Source of the DNA: an uncultured Acinetobacter sp.
Lineage (GTDB): Bacteria; Pseudomonadota; Gammaproteobacteria; Pseudomonadales; Moraxellaceae
Length of the DNA stretch: 64,000 nucleotides
Reading direction: 5' to 3'
NCBI RefSeq assembly: GCF_947624825.1
Contig: NZ_CANQLZ010000004.1
Location: 778-64,777 of the forward strand
The notes below the pieces were generated by a model. The model ran no database searches. It was not told where the DNA came from and worked only from the letters and a program-made list of their open reading frames with translations. The position numbers and the translations under genes are program-made. Positions 23,894 through 33,878 of this stretch are shown piece by piece. How positions within the stretch are numbered: position 1 is the stretch's first letter; each line of letters begins with the position of its first letter.

Positions 23894-24214
23894 TTACAGA
23901 CGCGTGCGACCTTGCTCAAGTGCTGCATTGGCTTCTTGTTGCTGCTGATCCATTTGATTTGGTGCAGTTTGAGGTGGAGTATTTGGATTTTGATTGCTTG
24001 GTTGTGCCGGCTTAGTCGCTTTACTTTGTGGATGATGATAGGTGTCCACTTTAGAGAGCTTTTTGGCGTTTTTAGGCGGTGGTGTAGTGGTGTAATGGGT
24101 TGAACCGTGTTGATCGACCCATTTATAAAAACTTTGCGCCATGAGCGCAGAACTGCTGCACATCAGCGCTGTAATAAGCAGTAATTTTTGAATATAAATT
24201 GTTTGAATAGACAT
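23894..24214 (-). CDS. DUF4124-domain exported protein
   Basis: Signal peptide then YKWVDQHGSTHYTTTPP, the DUF4124 signature; ATG at 24214 with GGGG SD. Confidence 0.8.
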   Translation of the reverse strand: MSIQTIYIQKLLLITALMCSSSALMAQSFYKWVDQHGSTHYTTTPPPKNAKKLSKVDTYHHPQSKATKPAQPSNQNPNTPPQTAPNQMDQQQQEANAALEQGRTRL

Positions 24215-24848
24215 GGTTTTCCCCTTCAATAATGTACAACATTAAAGCGCAAGCTTGTCATGTTGATGACAATAAAAGCGCGATTTGTAAGATCTTATTT
24301 TGTGATTTTAACGTATTTTATTTAAACAGTTACGGCTTTTTATATGCCATTGCATGATCCATGAAAATTTTATAACTGCATTTTTATATTATATTTATTT
24401 ATATCATTCATATAAATAAATTATCAAAAATTAATTTCTGAATCATTTTAATTATTTACGCTGTTGGATTAAAAATACACAATAAGTTTATTTTTTAAGC
24501 GCATAGCAGTGAATGCAAAAAAAGCCAATTTTTCAACTTGACTTTGTGGTTTGAAACTACAAAAATGCTGTCTTTAGTTTTATATGTTTCAATTCGATCA
24601 CCCTTCGAATGAATACATCTTAGCAATGGACGTTTTCTCTAGCCGAGAAGATGCACAAAGCCAACAAAATATGTTTATCCCAACATGTTTTAGATCCTTT
24701 AGTGCTCAAACAGCCAATGGATCAGATTTTTTTCTTATTGCTATCAAAACTATGAAATATGTGTGCTATAACAGTGCAGACAATGAATGAATGAAAGTAT
24801 ATACGGTCACAAAAATCGTATATCTTACAAATATTAGGGTGAATCACG

Positions 24849-26576
24849 TTGGAACTTTTATCTGGTGGTGAAATGCTTGTTCGCGCATTAGCGGACGAAG
24901 GCGTTGAACATGTTTTTGGATATCCAGGCGGCGCAGTACTGCATATTTATGATGCGCTTTTTCAACAAGAAAGAATCAATCATTACCTTGTACGTCATGA
25001 GCAAGCAGCAGGTCACATGGCCGACGCTTATTCGCGTGTCACAGGTAAAACTGGTGTTGTTCTCGTAACATCAGGTCCAGGTGCGACCAATACTGTAACG
25101 CCAATTGCAACTGCCTATATGGACTCAATCCCAATGGTGATTTTGTCAGGTCAGGTTGCAAGCCATTTGATCGGTGAGGATGCGTTCCAAGAAACTGATA
25201 TGGTCGGTATTTCTCGCCCAATCGTAAAACACAGCTTCCAAGTACGTCACGCCAGCGAAATTCCTGCCATTATTAAAAAAGCATTTTATATCGCAGCGTC
25301 AGGTCGTCCGGGTCCTGTTGTGGTTGATATTCCAAAAGATGCAACCAATCCTGCAGAAAAATTTGCTTACGAATACCCTGAAAAAGTGAAGATGCGTTCG
25401 TATCAGCCACCACACCGTGGTCACTCAGGTCAAATCCGTAAAGCAATTGAAGAATTATTAAATGCTAAACGTCCTGTAATTTATTCAGGCGGTGGTGTGG
25501 TTCAAGGCAATGCTTCTGAGCAATTGACTGAACTTGCGCATATTTTAGGTTTCCCTGTGACCAATACCTTAATGGGTCTTGGTGCATTCCCAGGTAACGA
25601 TGAACAATTCATCGGTATGTTGGGTATGCATGGCACATACGAAGCCAATATGACCATGCACAATGCAGATGTAATCTTGTGTGTTGGCGCGCGTTTTGAT
25701 GACCGTGTGACCAATAACCCTGCAAAATTCTGTCCAAATGCGAAAGTCATTCATATTGATATTGACCCTGCAACTATTTCAAAAACCATTATGGCGCACA
25801 TTCCAATTGTGGGCGCGGTTGAGCCTGTGCTCAATGAAATGTTGGCGCAGTTAAAACAATTAAATGTGTCTAAACCAAATCCAGAAGCACTTGCTGATTG
25901 GTGGAAACAGATTAATGAATGGCGTCAAGTTCACGGTTTAAAATACGACCTTCCAACTGACGGTACCATGAAGCCACAACAAGTGGTTGAAGCTTTAGAT
26001 CGCGTGACCAATGGTCAAGCCATCATTACTTCTGACGTAGGTCAGCATCAAATGTTTGGTGCGATGTACTACAAATATCGTCGTCCGCGTCAATGGATCA
26101 ACTCAGGTGGCTTAGGCACCATGGGTGTAGGTCTACCTTATGCAATGGCGGCAAAACTTGCCTTCCCTGAACAGCAAGTGGTGTGTATTACCGGTGAAGC
26201 ATCGATTCAGATGTGTATCCAAGAGCTTTCTACCTGTAAGCAATACGGCTTAAATGTCAAAATCTTGTGCTTAAACAACCGTGCCTTAGGTATGGTTAAA
26301 CAGTGGCAAGACATGAACTATGAAGGTCGTCATTCAAGCTCATATGTAGAGTCTTTACCTGACTTTGCAAAACTCATGGAAGCATACGGTCACGTTGGTA
26401 TTCAAATTGACCATGCCGATGATCTTGAATCTAAGCTTGCAGAAGCAATGGCAATTAACGACAAGTGCGTATTTATTAACGTAATGGTTGATCGTTCTGA
26501 ACACGTATATCCAATGTTGATTGCCGGTCAGTCTATGCAAGATATGTGGTTATCAAAAGGGGAGCGTACAGCATGA
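24849..26576 (+). CDS. ilvI: Acetolactate synthase large subunit
   Basis: [40 protein letters not shown] motif variant GEAS; TTG start. Confidence 0.97.
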   Translation: MELLSGGEMLVRALADEGVEHVFGYPGGAVLHIYDALFQQERINHYLVRHEQAAGHMADAYSRVTGKTGVVLVTSGPGATNTVTPIATAYMDSIPMVILSGQVASHLIGEDAFQETDMVGISRPIVKHSFQVRHASEIPAIIKKAFYIAASGRPGPVVVDIPKDATNPAEKFAYEYPEKVKMRSYQPPHRGHSGQIRKAIEELLNAKRPVIYSGGGVVQGNASEQLTELAHILGFPVTNTLMGLGAFPGNDEQFIGMLGMHGTYEANMTMHNADVILCVGARFDDRVTNNPAKFCPNAKVIHIDIDPATISKTIMAHIPIVGAVEPVLNEMLAQLKQLNVSKPNPEALADWWKQINEWRQVHGLKYDLPTDGTMKPQQVVEALDRVTNGQAIITSDVGQHQMFGAMYYKYRRPRQWINSGGLGTMGVGLPYAMAAKLAFPEQQVVCITGEASIQMCIQELSTCKQYGLNVKILCLNNRALGMVKQWQDMNYEGRHSSSYVESLPDFAKLMEAYGHVGIQIDHADDLESKLAEAMAINDKCVFINVMVDRSEHVYPMLIAGQSMQDMWLSKGERTA

Positions 26577-27064
26577 GACACATTATCTCTGTCTTAGTTG
26601 AAAACGAAGCAGGTGCGCTTTCTCGTTTAGTGGGTTTATTTTCTCAACGTGGTTATAACATTGAGACTTTAAACGTTGCACCAACCGAAGACCCAACACT
26701 TTCACGTTTAACCCTCACTACTTATGGCGACGACCATAAGATTGAGCAAATTACCAAACAACTGAACAAATTGGTTGAAGTGGTTAAAGTGGTTGATTTG
26801 TCTGAAGGTCCGCACATCGAACGTGAATTGATGCTGATTAAAGTCAAAGCATTGGGTTCAGCGCGTGATGAAATTAAACGCACCGCAGATATTTTCCGTG
26901 CACAAGTAGTTGATGTCACACCAACCACTTACACCATTCAAATTGCAGGTACAACCGAGAAAATTGACGGTTTTATTGATGCCTTAGCTGAAAACACAAT
27001 TTTAGAAGTTGTGCGTTCTGGCGTATCGGGTATCGCGCGTGGCGAAAAAGTTTTAACAATCTAA
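26573..27064 (+). CDS. ilvH: Acetolactate synthase small (regulatory) subunit
   Basis: [33 protein letters not shown] (ACT domain); ATGA overlap with the ilvI stop. Confidence 0.96.
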   Translation: MRHIISVLVENEAGALSRLVGLFSQRGYNIETLNVAPTEDPTLSRLTLTTYGDDHKIEQITKQLNKLVEVVKVVDLSEGPHIERELMLIKVKALGSARDEIKRTADIFRAQVVDVTPTTYTIQIAGTTEKIDGFIDALAENTILEVVRSGVSGIARGEKVLTI

Positions 27065-27124
27065 TTTAACTAAACATTTTTTTGACAACCTCAATACAAA
27101 CCTATACAACTAGGAGAGGCTTAA

Positions 27125-28195
<1,071 letters not shown>

Positions 28196-28224
28196 TTTTC
28201 TTATCTAGCTGATTTTTATGCTAT

Positions 28225-28252
28225 AAAAAACCCTGCGAGAGCAGGGTTTTTT
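28225..28252 (+). terminator. Intrinsic terminator after ilvC
   Basis: AAAAAACCCTGC-GAGA-GCAGGGTTTTTT. Confidence 0.9.
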
Positions 28253-28290
28253 ACTTCTGCAATATAGATAATATAATTTTAGAGGGAATA

Positions 28291-30084
28291 ATGAGTAATA
28301 TTCAAAATATAGATATTAGCTTAAATGAAATTGTAAAGAATATTTCTAAAGATATTTACCAAATTCCCAAATTTCAAAGGGATTTTGTTTGGACCAACAA
28401 GGATATCTTAGATCTAGGAGATTCTATAATTCGTGGTTATCCAATTTCTTCTTTATTAACTATGCCAATGAATGGGACCTTACAAGTTGGATCTCATAGT
28501 TTATTAAAAGAAGCTAAAATGGATGACTCTCAGGAACTAGATGAAAATGAGACCAAATATTTTGTTCTAGATGGACAGCAGAGAATGACATCTATAGCAA
28601 AGTTATTTTTATCAGGTGATATAAAAAATGAATACTACTATGATTTATTGGCAATATTGGTGGAAAAATTTCCTGAAGATAAAATAGACAATGATATCGG
28701 ATTGAGTAATTTAAGTGCAAAGTTAGTAAAGGATCAATTGTGTAGGAATTTCGGAAGAGGAGCTGATCGTAGTGATAAACCTGTCAGACACAATAATAGA
28801 TTTATTGCTGGACAGAGTGTTGTTGAAAATAAATATGGTTCGGTCGTTAGTAAATTTTTAAGAAACTTAAAAGAAGCAACAGACGATAATATTGATAAAT
28901 ATACAGACTACTTAAATGGTATATTAGGAGCTATTAATGGGTATAGCGTTCCTGCAACTGTAATTGCAGGAGATTCTGAACTTGGTGTAGTAATTCGAGT
29001 TTTTGAAAAAGTGAATTCAACGGGTAAAAAATTAACATTATTTGATTTAATCAATGCAAAATCTTTTGAAGTAGAAATTGAAGCATACAAAGGTGGATTG
29101 TCAGAATTTTTAACCAATAAGATTAAGGAAAAAATTAATCAAAGACCAGAATTAAAAAAGGGTTTAAATAGTTTCTTTAAATATAATGAAGACACAGAAA
29201 ATTATGAAAAATTAGATCGTATTATTCGTTTTCTTGAAATTTGCCACCTGTTAGAGCAAAAGGCAATCCCAGGAATGATTCAATCTACAATGCTTAGAAG
29301 AAATGCAGAGTTTTGGTTTGACAAATGGAATGAAAAATCTAGCATTTTATTCGAGATCATTGGGTGGATTGAGGAGGAAGGATTAACTGATGTTGCACAA
29401 GTTACATTCTTAGAATATGCAATTGCTATCTTATTAGCAAATCCGAAGGCTTTTATTAATACTAAATTTAAACATGAAATTAAAAAGTATGCTTTGTACT
29501 TAACTGTAACAGGAACTAGTTTTAGTAAATCAAATCTAGATATTGTTGAAAAATTCAATGATATAGCTTTACAAATTATTAACGAACATCAATTTAAAAA
29601 ATATGAATTTTCTAGCCCAGTAGGAATGCCAAATTTATTGTCTACAAATATTTTAGATATAACGACTTCTAAGGCTGAGTTTAGAGCAATACTAAATATT
29701 TTATATAATGAACGACCTAACGGTAAATTTGACCGTGATATTTTAGGATATAAAATTAATAGAGCTGATTCATCAAAATTTGATAGTCATCACATTTATC
29801 CAAAGGCACAAGTTCCTGATTTTAATAATAAATCAAAATTTAACTCTATTGCGAATATTGTACTTTTAGATAGCCAAGCAAATAGAGAGGAGGTGAAAGA
29901 TAAAAGCCCAAGCGAATATTTTCAATATGTGAAAAGTTTATCTGAAGGCGAATTTTACTGTAATCAAAACTTGATCTCTATAGATGAAGCTTTGAAAGTT
30001 TCTTCTCAGGAAGAGGCGTTAATTTTTATTACTAATCGTGCGAATAAAATTGCTGAAGCTGTGAATTGTTTCTTTAAAACATAA
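28291..30084 (+). CDS. DUF262 (ParB/Srx-fold) + C-terminal HNH (DUF1524-like) protein; GmrSD/SspE-type putative modification-dependent restriction nuclease
   Basis: IPKFQRDFVW, DSIIRGYPI, VLDGQQRMTS, VFEKVNSTGKKLTLFDL; C-terminal DSHHIYP...NSIANIVLL...AN; much lower GC than flanks. Confidence 0.85.
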   Translation: MSNIQNIDISLNEIVKNISKDIYQIPKFQRDFVWTNKDILDLGDSIIRGYPISSLLTMPMNGTLQVGSHSLLKEAKMDDSQELDENETKYFVLDGQQRMTSIAKLFLSGDIKNEYYYDLLAILVEKFPEDKIDNDIGLSNLSAKLVKDQLCRNFGRGADRSDKPVRHNNRFIAGQSVVENKYGSVVSKFLRNLKEATDDNIDKYTDYLNGILGAINGYSVPATVIAGDSELGVVIRVFEKVNSTGKKLTLFDLINAKSFEVEIEAYKGGLSEFLTNKIKEKINQRPELKKGLNSFFKYNEDTENYEKLDRIIRFLEICHLLEQKAIPGMIQSTMLRRNAEFWFDKWNEKSSILFEIIGWIEEEGLTDVAQVTFLEYAIAILLANPKAFINTKFKHEIKKYALYLTVTGTSFSKSNLDIVEKFNDIALQIINEHQFKKYEFSSPVGMPNLLSTNILDITTSKAEFRAILNILYNERPNGKFDRDILGYKINRADSSKFDSHHIYPKAQVPDFNNKSKFNSIANIVLLDSQANREEVKDKSPSEYFQYVKSLSEGEFYCNQNLISIDEALKVSSQEEALIFITNRANKIAEAVNCFFKT

Positions 30085-30272
30085 TTTATAGATTAGGTAT
30101 TGTGATGCTAAGAAACATTCATATGAAAAGATGAATGTTTCAAAGAAAAAGATAAAATGAAGAATTTTATTGGTACAAATTATAAGGATAAGAACTGTAA
30201 ATAATTTCATATTGTGATGATTCGTTATGCTAAATTAGCTTTCTCCCAATCTAATTATTTTGAGGTTAAATC

Positions 30273-31043
30273 ATGAAAAAACATTTGCTTATACAATCAC
30301 TTGTACTTGCTTTACCTGTTTTGGCTTTAACCTCAACGGCATCTGCCAATGATATTAATACAGAATTAAAAAGCATCTATGTACCTGTGCATCGGGTGAT
30401 GATGTCAGAAGATGGGCGTTATTTTTTAGAGCTAAAATCGGGGATTTGGAACCCAAGCGCACGTTTGCACGATCAAGTATTAAATCAAGATTATCAACTG
30501 GGTGGCTTGCAAAAAGGAAATGCCATTGAGCTAAAAGGAAGCAATGCTGAGCAGCCAGATTTACAACTCAAAGGTGAGCTAAACTCTAAAGCAGGTAGTA
30601 TGAGTAGCCAATTGTTACTCGATGGTTGGCAAAAAACTATCCATTTTCAGCCACTCATTTATGTTGAAAAGCGTCCAACTTTTAATTTTAAATTTTATGG
30701 TAACAACCTTATTCAACGCGTAGATGTATTACAACGCAGCAATCAACAACTTTACCAAAGCTTGGTCGGTTTTAATGCCGACGCCAGTCAAATGCAATAT
30801 ATCGATTTAAATTTTGATGGCTATTTTGACTTGGCGTTAAAAGCTGCAACAGTGGCTGAGAATGAAAACGAGCAAGGCTATTTATATTGGATGTATAACC
30901 CTAAAACTGCGCAATTTCAACGTGCAGCAGCGCTGGAAAAACTGCAAGGCACACCGTATGTAGATGCAGTTCAACAAGAAGTTCATTTTGGTACACAGCG
31001 CTTTAAAGTCAAAAATGGTCTGTTGCATGCTGTAACGCATTAA
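30273..31043 (+). CDS. Exported hypothetical protein with a Ca2+-loop-like motif
   Basis: Sec signal ending ASA; beta-rich body; DLNFDGYFD (DxNxDGxxD) followed by YLYWMYNPKTAQF. Confidence 0.75.
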   Translation: MKKHLLIQSLVLALPVLALTSTASANDINTELKSIYVPVHRVMMSEDGRYFLELKSGIWNPSARLHDQVLNQDYQLGGLQKGNAIELKGSNAEQPDLQLKGELNSKAGSMSSQLLLDGWQKTIHFQPLIYVEKRPTFNFKFYGNNLIQRVDVLQRSNQQLYQSLVGFNADASQMQYIDLNFDGYFDLALKAATVAENENEQGYLYWMYNPKTAQFQRAAALEKLQGTPYVDAVQQEVHFGTQRFKVKNGLLHAVTH

Positions 31044-31048
31044 AGGGC

Positions 31049-31082
31049 AGGACATTAAACTGTCACAAAACAGGGCTATGCT
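31049..31082 (+). promoter_or_regulatory. Putative Pho box plus -10 (PhoB-type promoter) for GT4-PAP2 operon
   Basis: AGGACAT-TAAA-CTGTCAC (downstream half-site 7/7, upstream 4/7), then 10 nt and TATGCT. Confidence 0.5.
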
Positions 31083-31116
31083 AGCGGAAAAATAGACAGA
31101 ATTGGCTAGGTGCATA

Positions 31117-32394
31117 ATGGAACACACCGGTATTAGCAGCCTGTTAAAACAACAAGATTTTCCGGATAGCTTTAAATTTTATTTAAAACAACAGCACCAT
31201 AGTTTTGCCGATGAAATCACTGTTTTACAAGCGTTAGTTCGACCCCGACTTAAAATAGCAATCGTGACAGAAACATGGCCGCCCGAGGTCAATGGTGTAG
31301 CACATTCTTTATTGCATTTAAGTCAAGGTTTACAAAAACAAGGTCATAAAATTTTACTGATTCGTCCTGAGCAACGCAGCACAGTGGCGAGTTTTGTGCC
31401 TAATAAAGAATGTTTGGTCAAAGCACAGACCATTCCACGCTATCCGACTTTGCAATTTGGCTTACCGCAAATGCAAAAGGTCAATCAAGCCTTAGAAGAA
31501 TTTATGCCCGATGTGGTGCATATTGTGACTGAAGGCCCATTGGGCTTGGCATTGTTACATGCAGCAAAAGCCAAAAATATTCCAATTTCAAGCGGTTTTC
31601 ATTCGCCTTTTCAAGATTTTAGCCGTTTCTTTGATTTAGCCTTTTTGGTTAAACCCATTCAGACTTATTTGCGTTGGTTTCATAACAATACTGCACTTAC
31701 CTGTGTACCTAGTCGCGATACCGAAAAAGCCTTACGTGATTTTGGTGTGACCTGTCCGTTGACCGTTGTGGGGCGTGGGGTAGATGTCGAACATTTTAAA
31801 CCTGAATTACGCTCTGAACGCTTACGGCAAAAATGGGGTGCACAGCCTGATACGCGAGTCTTGTTATATGTGGGGCGTTTATCGCCTGAAAAAGAAATTC
31901 CACTGATCATTCAAACCTATAAGCAAATGCAAGCTTCAGGGCAAGCAGTGCAATTGGTGATTGTAGGTGATGGACCACAGCGCCAAGAATTGCTGGCTTT
32001 GGCCGCAGACAGTAACATTATATTTACAGGTAACTTATACGGTACAGAACTTGCAACAGTTTATGCAAGTTGTGACGTATTTGTGTTTGCCAGCCAAGTC
32101 GAAACTTTTGGCAATGTGGTGTTAGAAGCTATGGCCAGTGGTTTACCTGTGATTGCTTACGATTATGCCGCAGCACATTTATATGTGAAGCATCATCATA
32201 TGGGTTGGCTGGCACCGCTTGGGGATCAACACGGGTTTTGCCAATTTATACAACAATTACCCAATAATAAAACTTTACAGCATATGGGACGTCAAGCCTG
32301 TCAACTGGCTGCTCAAATTGGTTGGGATCATCCAGTAAAACAGTTTGAACATGCCTTGTATCGTGTGGCTCGGGAGAGTGTGATGCACACCTAG
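31117..32394 (+). CDS. Glycosyltransferase family 4 (group 1)
   Basis: IVTETWPPEVNGVA, YVGRLSPEK, VGDGP, ETFGNVVLEAMASGLPV; ATG at 31117. Confidence 0.93.
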   Translation: MEHTGISSLLKQQDFPDSFKFYLKQQHHSFADEITVLQALVRPRLKIAIVTETWPPEVNGVAHSLLHLSQGLQKQGHKILLIRPEQRSTVASFVPNKECLVKAQTIPRYPTLQFGLPQMQKVNQALEEFMPDVVHIVTEGPLGLALLHAAKAKNIPISSGFHSPFQDFSRFFDLAFLVKPIQTYLRWFHNNTALTCVPSRDTEKALRDFGVTCPLTVVGRGVDVEHFKPELRSERLRQKWGAQPDTRVLLYVGRLSPEKEIPLIIQTYKQMQASGQAVQLVIVGDGPQRQELLALAADSNIIFTGNLYGTELATVYASCDVFVFASQVETFGNVVLEAMASGLPVIAYDYAAAHLYVKHHHMGWLAPLGDQHGFCQFIQQLPNNKTLQHMGRQACQLAAQIGWDHPVKQFEHALYRVARESVMHT

Positions 32395-32420
32395 CCATCC
32401 TCGCCAATAAGGGGAAGCAG

Positions 32421-32972
32421 ATGAATTTTAAACGTGCCAAAATAAGAATATTAGCCATGGATTTAAAAGGATGTTTGTATTTAAATCATTTTTCCCACTC
32501 ACACAAAATTTGTTATTTTTTTCGTGCTATTAGCCGCTTAGGCGATGGCCCTTTTTGGTATGCCATGCTCGGTTTAGCATGGTGGGCTCGCGGTTGGGCG
32601 TTTAGCTTCAGCATTGTGTATGTTTTGCTTGGTACACTGGTAGGTACGGCAATTTATAAAATTTTAAAAGCCAAAACCATTCGTCCACGGCCTTATCAGG
32701 TGCATCAAGTGATTCGTTTAGGGGAGCGTCCACTGGATCATTTTAGTTTTCCCTCAGGGCATACTTTGCATGCTGTGCTAGCCACAACAGTGATTGGTTA
32801 TATTGAACCTTTACTGTTGTTGCTGATGTTGCCTTTTACTGTGTTGGTGGCATTGTCACGTATGATTTTGGGCTTGCATTATCCAAGCGATGTGATGGTG
32901 GGTGCTTTAATTGGTGCAGCGGTGGGGGGATTAATTATTCTATGTGCACCATATTTTGCAGTGCTGCTGTAA
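32421..32972 (+). CDS. PAP2-family lipid phosphatase
   Basis: K......RP (KAKTIRPRP), SFPSGH, SR.....HYPSD catalytic motifs; hydrophobic helices. Confidence 0.92.
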   Translation: MNFKRAKIRILAMDLKGCLYLNHFSHSHKICYFFRAISRLGDGPFWYAMLGLAWWARGWAFSFSIVYVLLGTLVGTAIYKILKAKTIRPRPYQVHQVIRLGERPLDHFSFPSGHTLHAVLATTVIGYIEPLLLLLMLPFTVLVALSRMILGLHYPSDVMVGALIGAAVGGLIILCAPYFAVLL

Positions 32973-33018
32973 CATAAAATTTGCTAAAGTAGTGCTACAC
33001 ATTGATTTAGGATGAGTT

Positions 33019-33219
33019 ATGGGCTTACGTTGGACCGACACCATTGATATTGCAATTGAATTGTATGAAGCACATCCAGATGTGGACCCACAGTGGATTC
33101 GTTTTACCGATTTACATGCGTGGATTTGTGCTTTACCTGAGTTTGAGGACAATCCAGACAAATCAACAGAAGGCTTATTAGAAGCGATTCAGATGGCTTG
33201 GATTGACGAAGCGCGTTAA
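33019..33219 (+). CDS. iscX: Fe-S assembly protein IscX
   Basis: LRWTD..DIAIELYEAHPDVDP...RFTDL..W...L..F......E..LEAIQ.AW. Confidence 0.93.
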   Translation: MGLRWTDTIDIAIELYEAHPDVDPQWIRFTDLHAWICALPEFEDNPDKSTEGLLEAIQMAWIDEAR

Positions 33220-33324
33220 TCAGCACTAAAAAAAGCATTTTTTTTACAGATTAAGCGCAGAACACCGTTGATTATTCGGTATAATGCGCAAAATTTCATG
33301 TCAATTTGACTTAAGGAGCCTATC

Positions 33325-33756
33325 ATGGCGATTGAACGTACTTTATCTATCGTAAAACCAGACGCAGTTGCTAAAAACGTTGTAGGCGAAATCTTCGCTC
33401 GTTTTGAAAAAGCGGGTCTTCAAATCGTTGCAACTAAAATGAAACACTTAACTCAAGCTGAAGCTGAAGGCTTCTACGCTGAGCACAAAGAACGTGGTTT
33501 CTTTGCTGACCTAGTTGCTTTCATGACTTCAGGTCCAGTTGTTGTTTCAGTTCTTGAAGGCGAAAACGCTGTTCTTGCTCACCGTGACATTCTTGGCGCG
33601 ACTAACCCTAAAGAAGCTGCTCCTGGTACAATCCGCGCTGACTTCGCTGTAAGCATCGACGAAAACGCTGCTCACGGTTCTGACTCTGTAGCATCTGCTG
33701 ATCGTGAAGTTAACTACTTCTTCGCTCAAACTGAGATTGCTCCACGTACTCGTTAA
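33325..33756 (+). CDS. ndk: Nucleoside diphosphate kinase
   Basis: [33 protein letters not shown]. Confidence 0.98.
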   Translation: MAIERTLSIVKPDAVAKNVVGEIFARFEKAGLQIVATKMKHLTQAEAEGFYAEHKERGFFADLVAFMTSGPVVVSVLEGENAVLAHRDILGATNPKEAAPGTIRADFAVSIDENAAHGSDSVASADREVNYFFAQTEIAPRTR

Positions 33757-33768
33757 TACGCAGTATTC

Positions 33769-33807
33769 AAACCAGATAAGTGTTATTATACTTATCTGGT
33801 TTTTTTA
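33769..33807 (+). terminator. Intrinsic terminator after ndk
   Basis: AAACCAGATAAGT-gttattat-ACTTATCTGGTTTTTTT. Confidence 0.8.
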
Positions 33808-33878
33808 TTCCCGAAATTTAATTTGTTCACTTCTTGAACATCTCTTCCTCTATAAACGCATGATCTAGGTAATTACAC

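Noticed and set aside
24700-24735. Classical ilv attenuator terminator
   Set aside because: Only a 5-bp GATCC/GGATC stem with a long loop precedes the T run, too weak to call.
24584-24790. 68-aa ORF upstream of ilvI
   Set aside because: No SD, no recognisable motif, and it overlaps likely promoter sequence.
30085-30145. Integron attC cassette boundary
   Set aside because: No RYYYAAC...GTTRRRY ends and no integrase in the window.
30204-30235. Possible pdif (XerC/D) site beside the DUF262 gene: ATTTCATATTG ... TTATGCTAAAT
   Set aside because: The XerD-like arm matches 10/11 and the XerC-like arm 8/11, but the spacer is 10 nt rather than 6. There is no partner site on the left flank, and TATGCT is more simply the -10 of the next gene.
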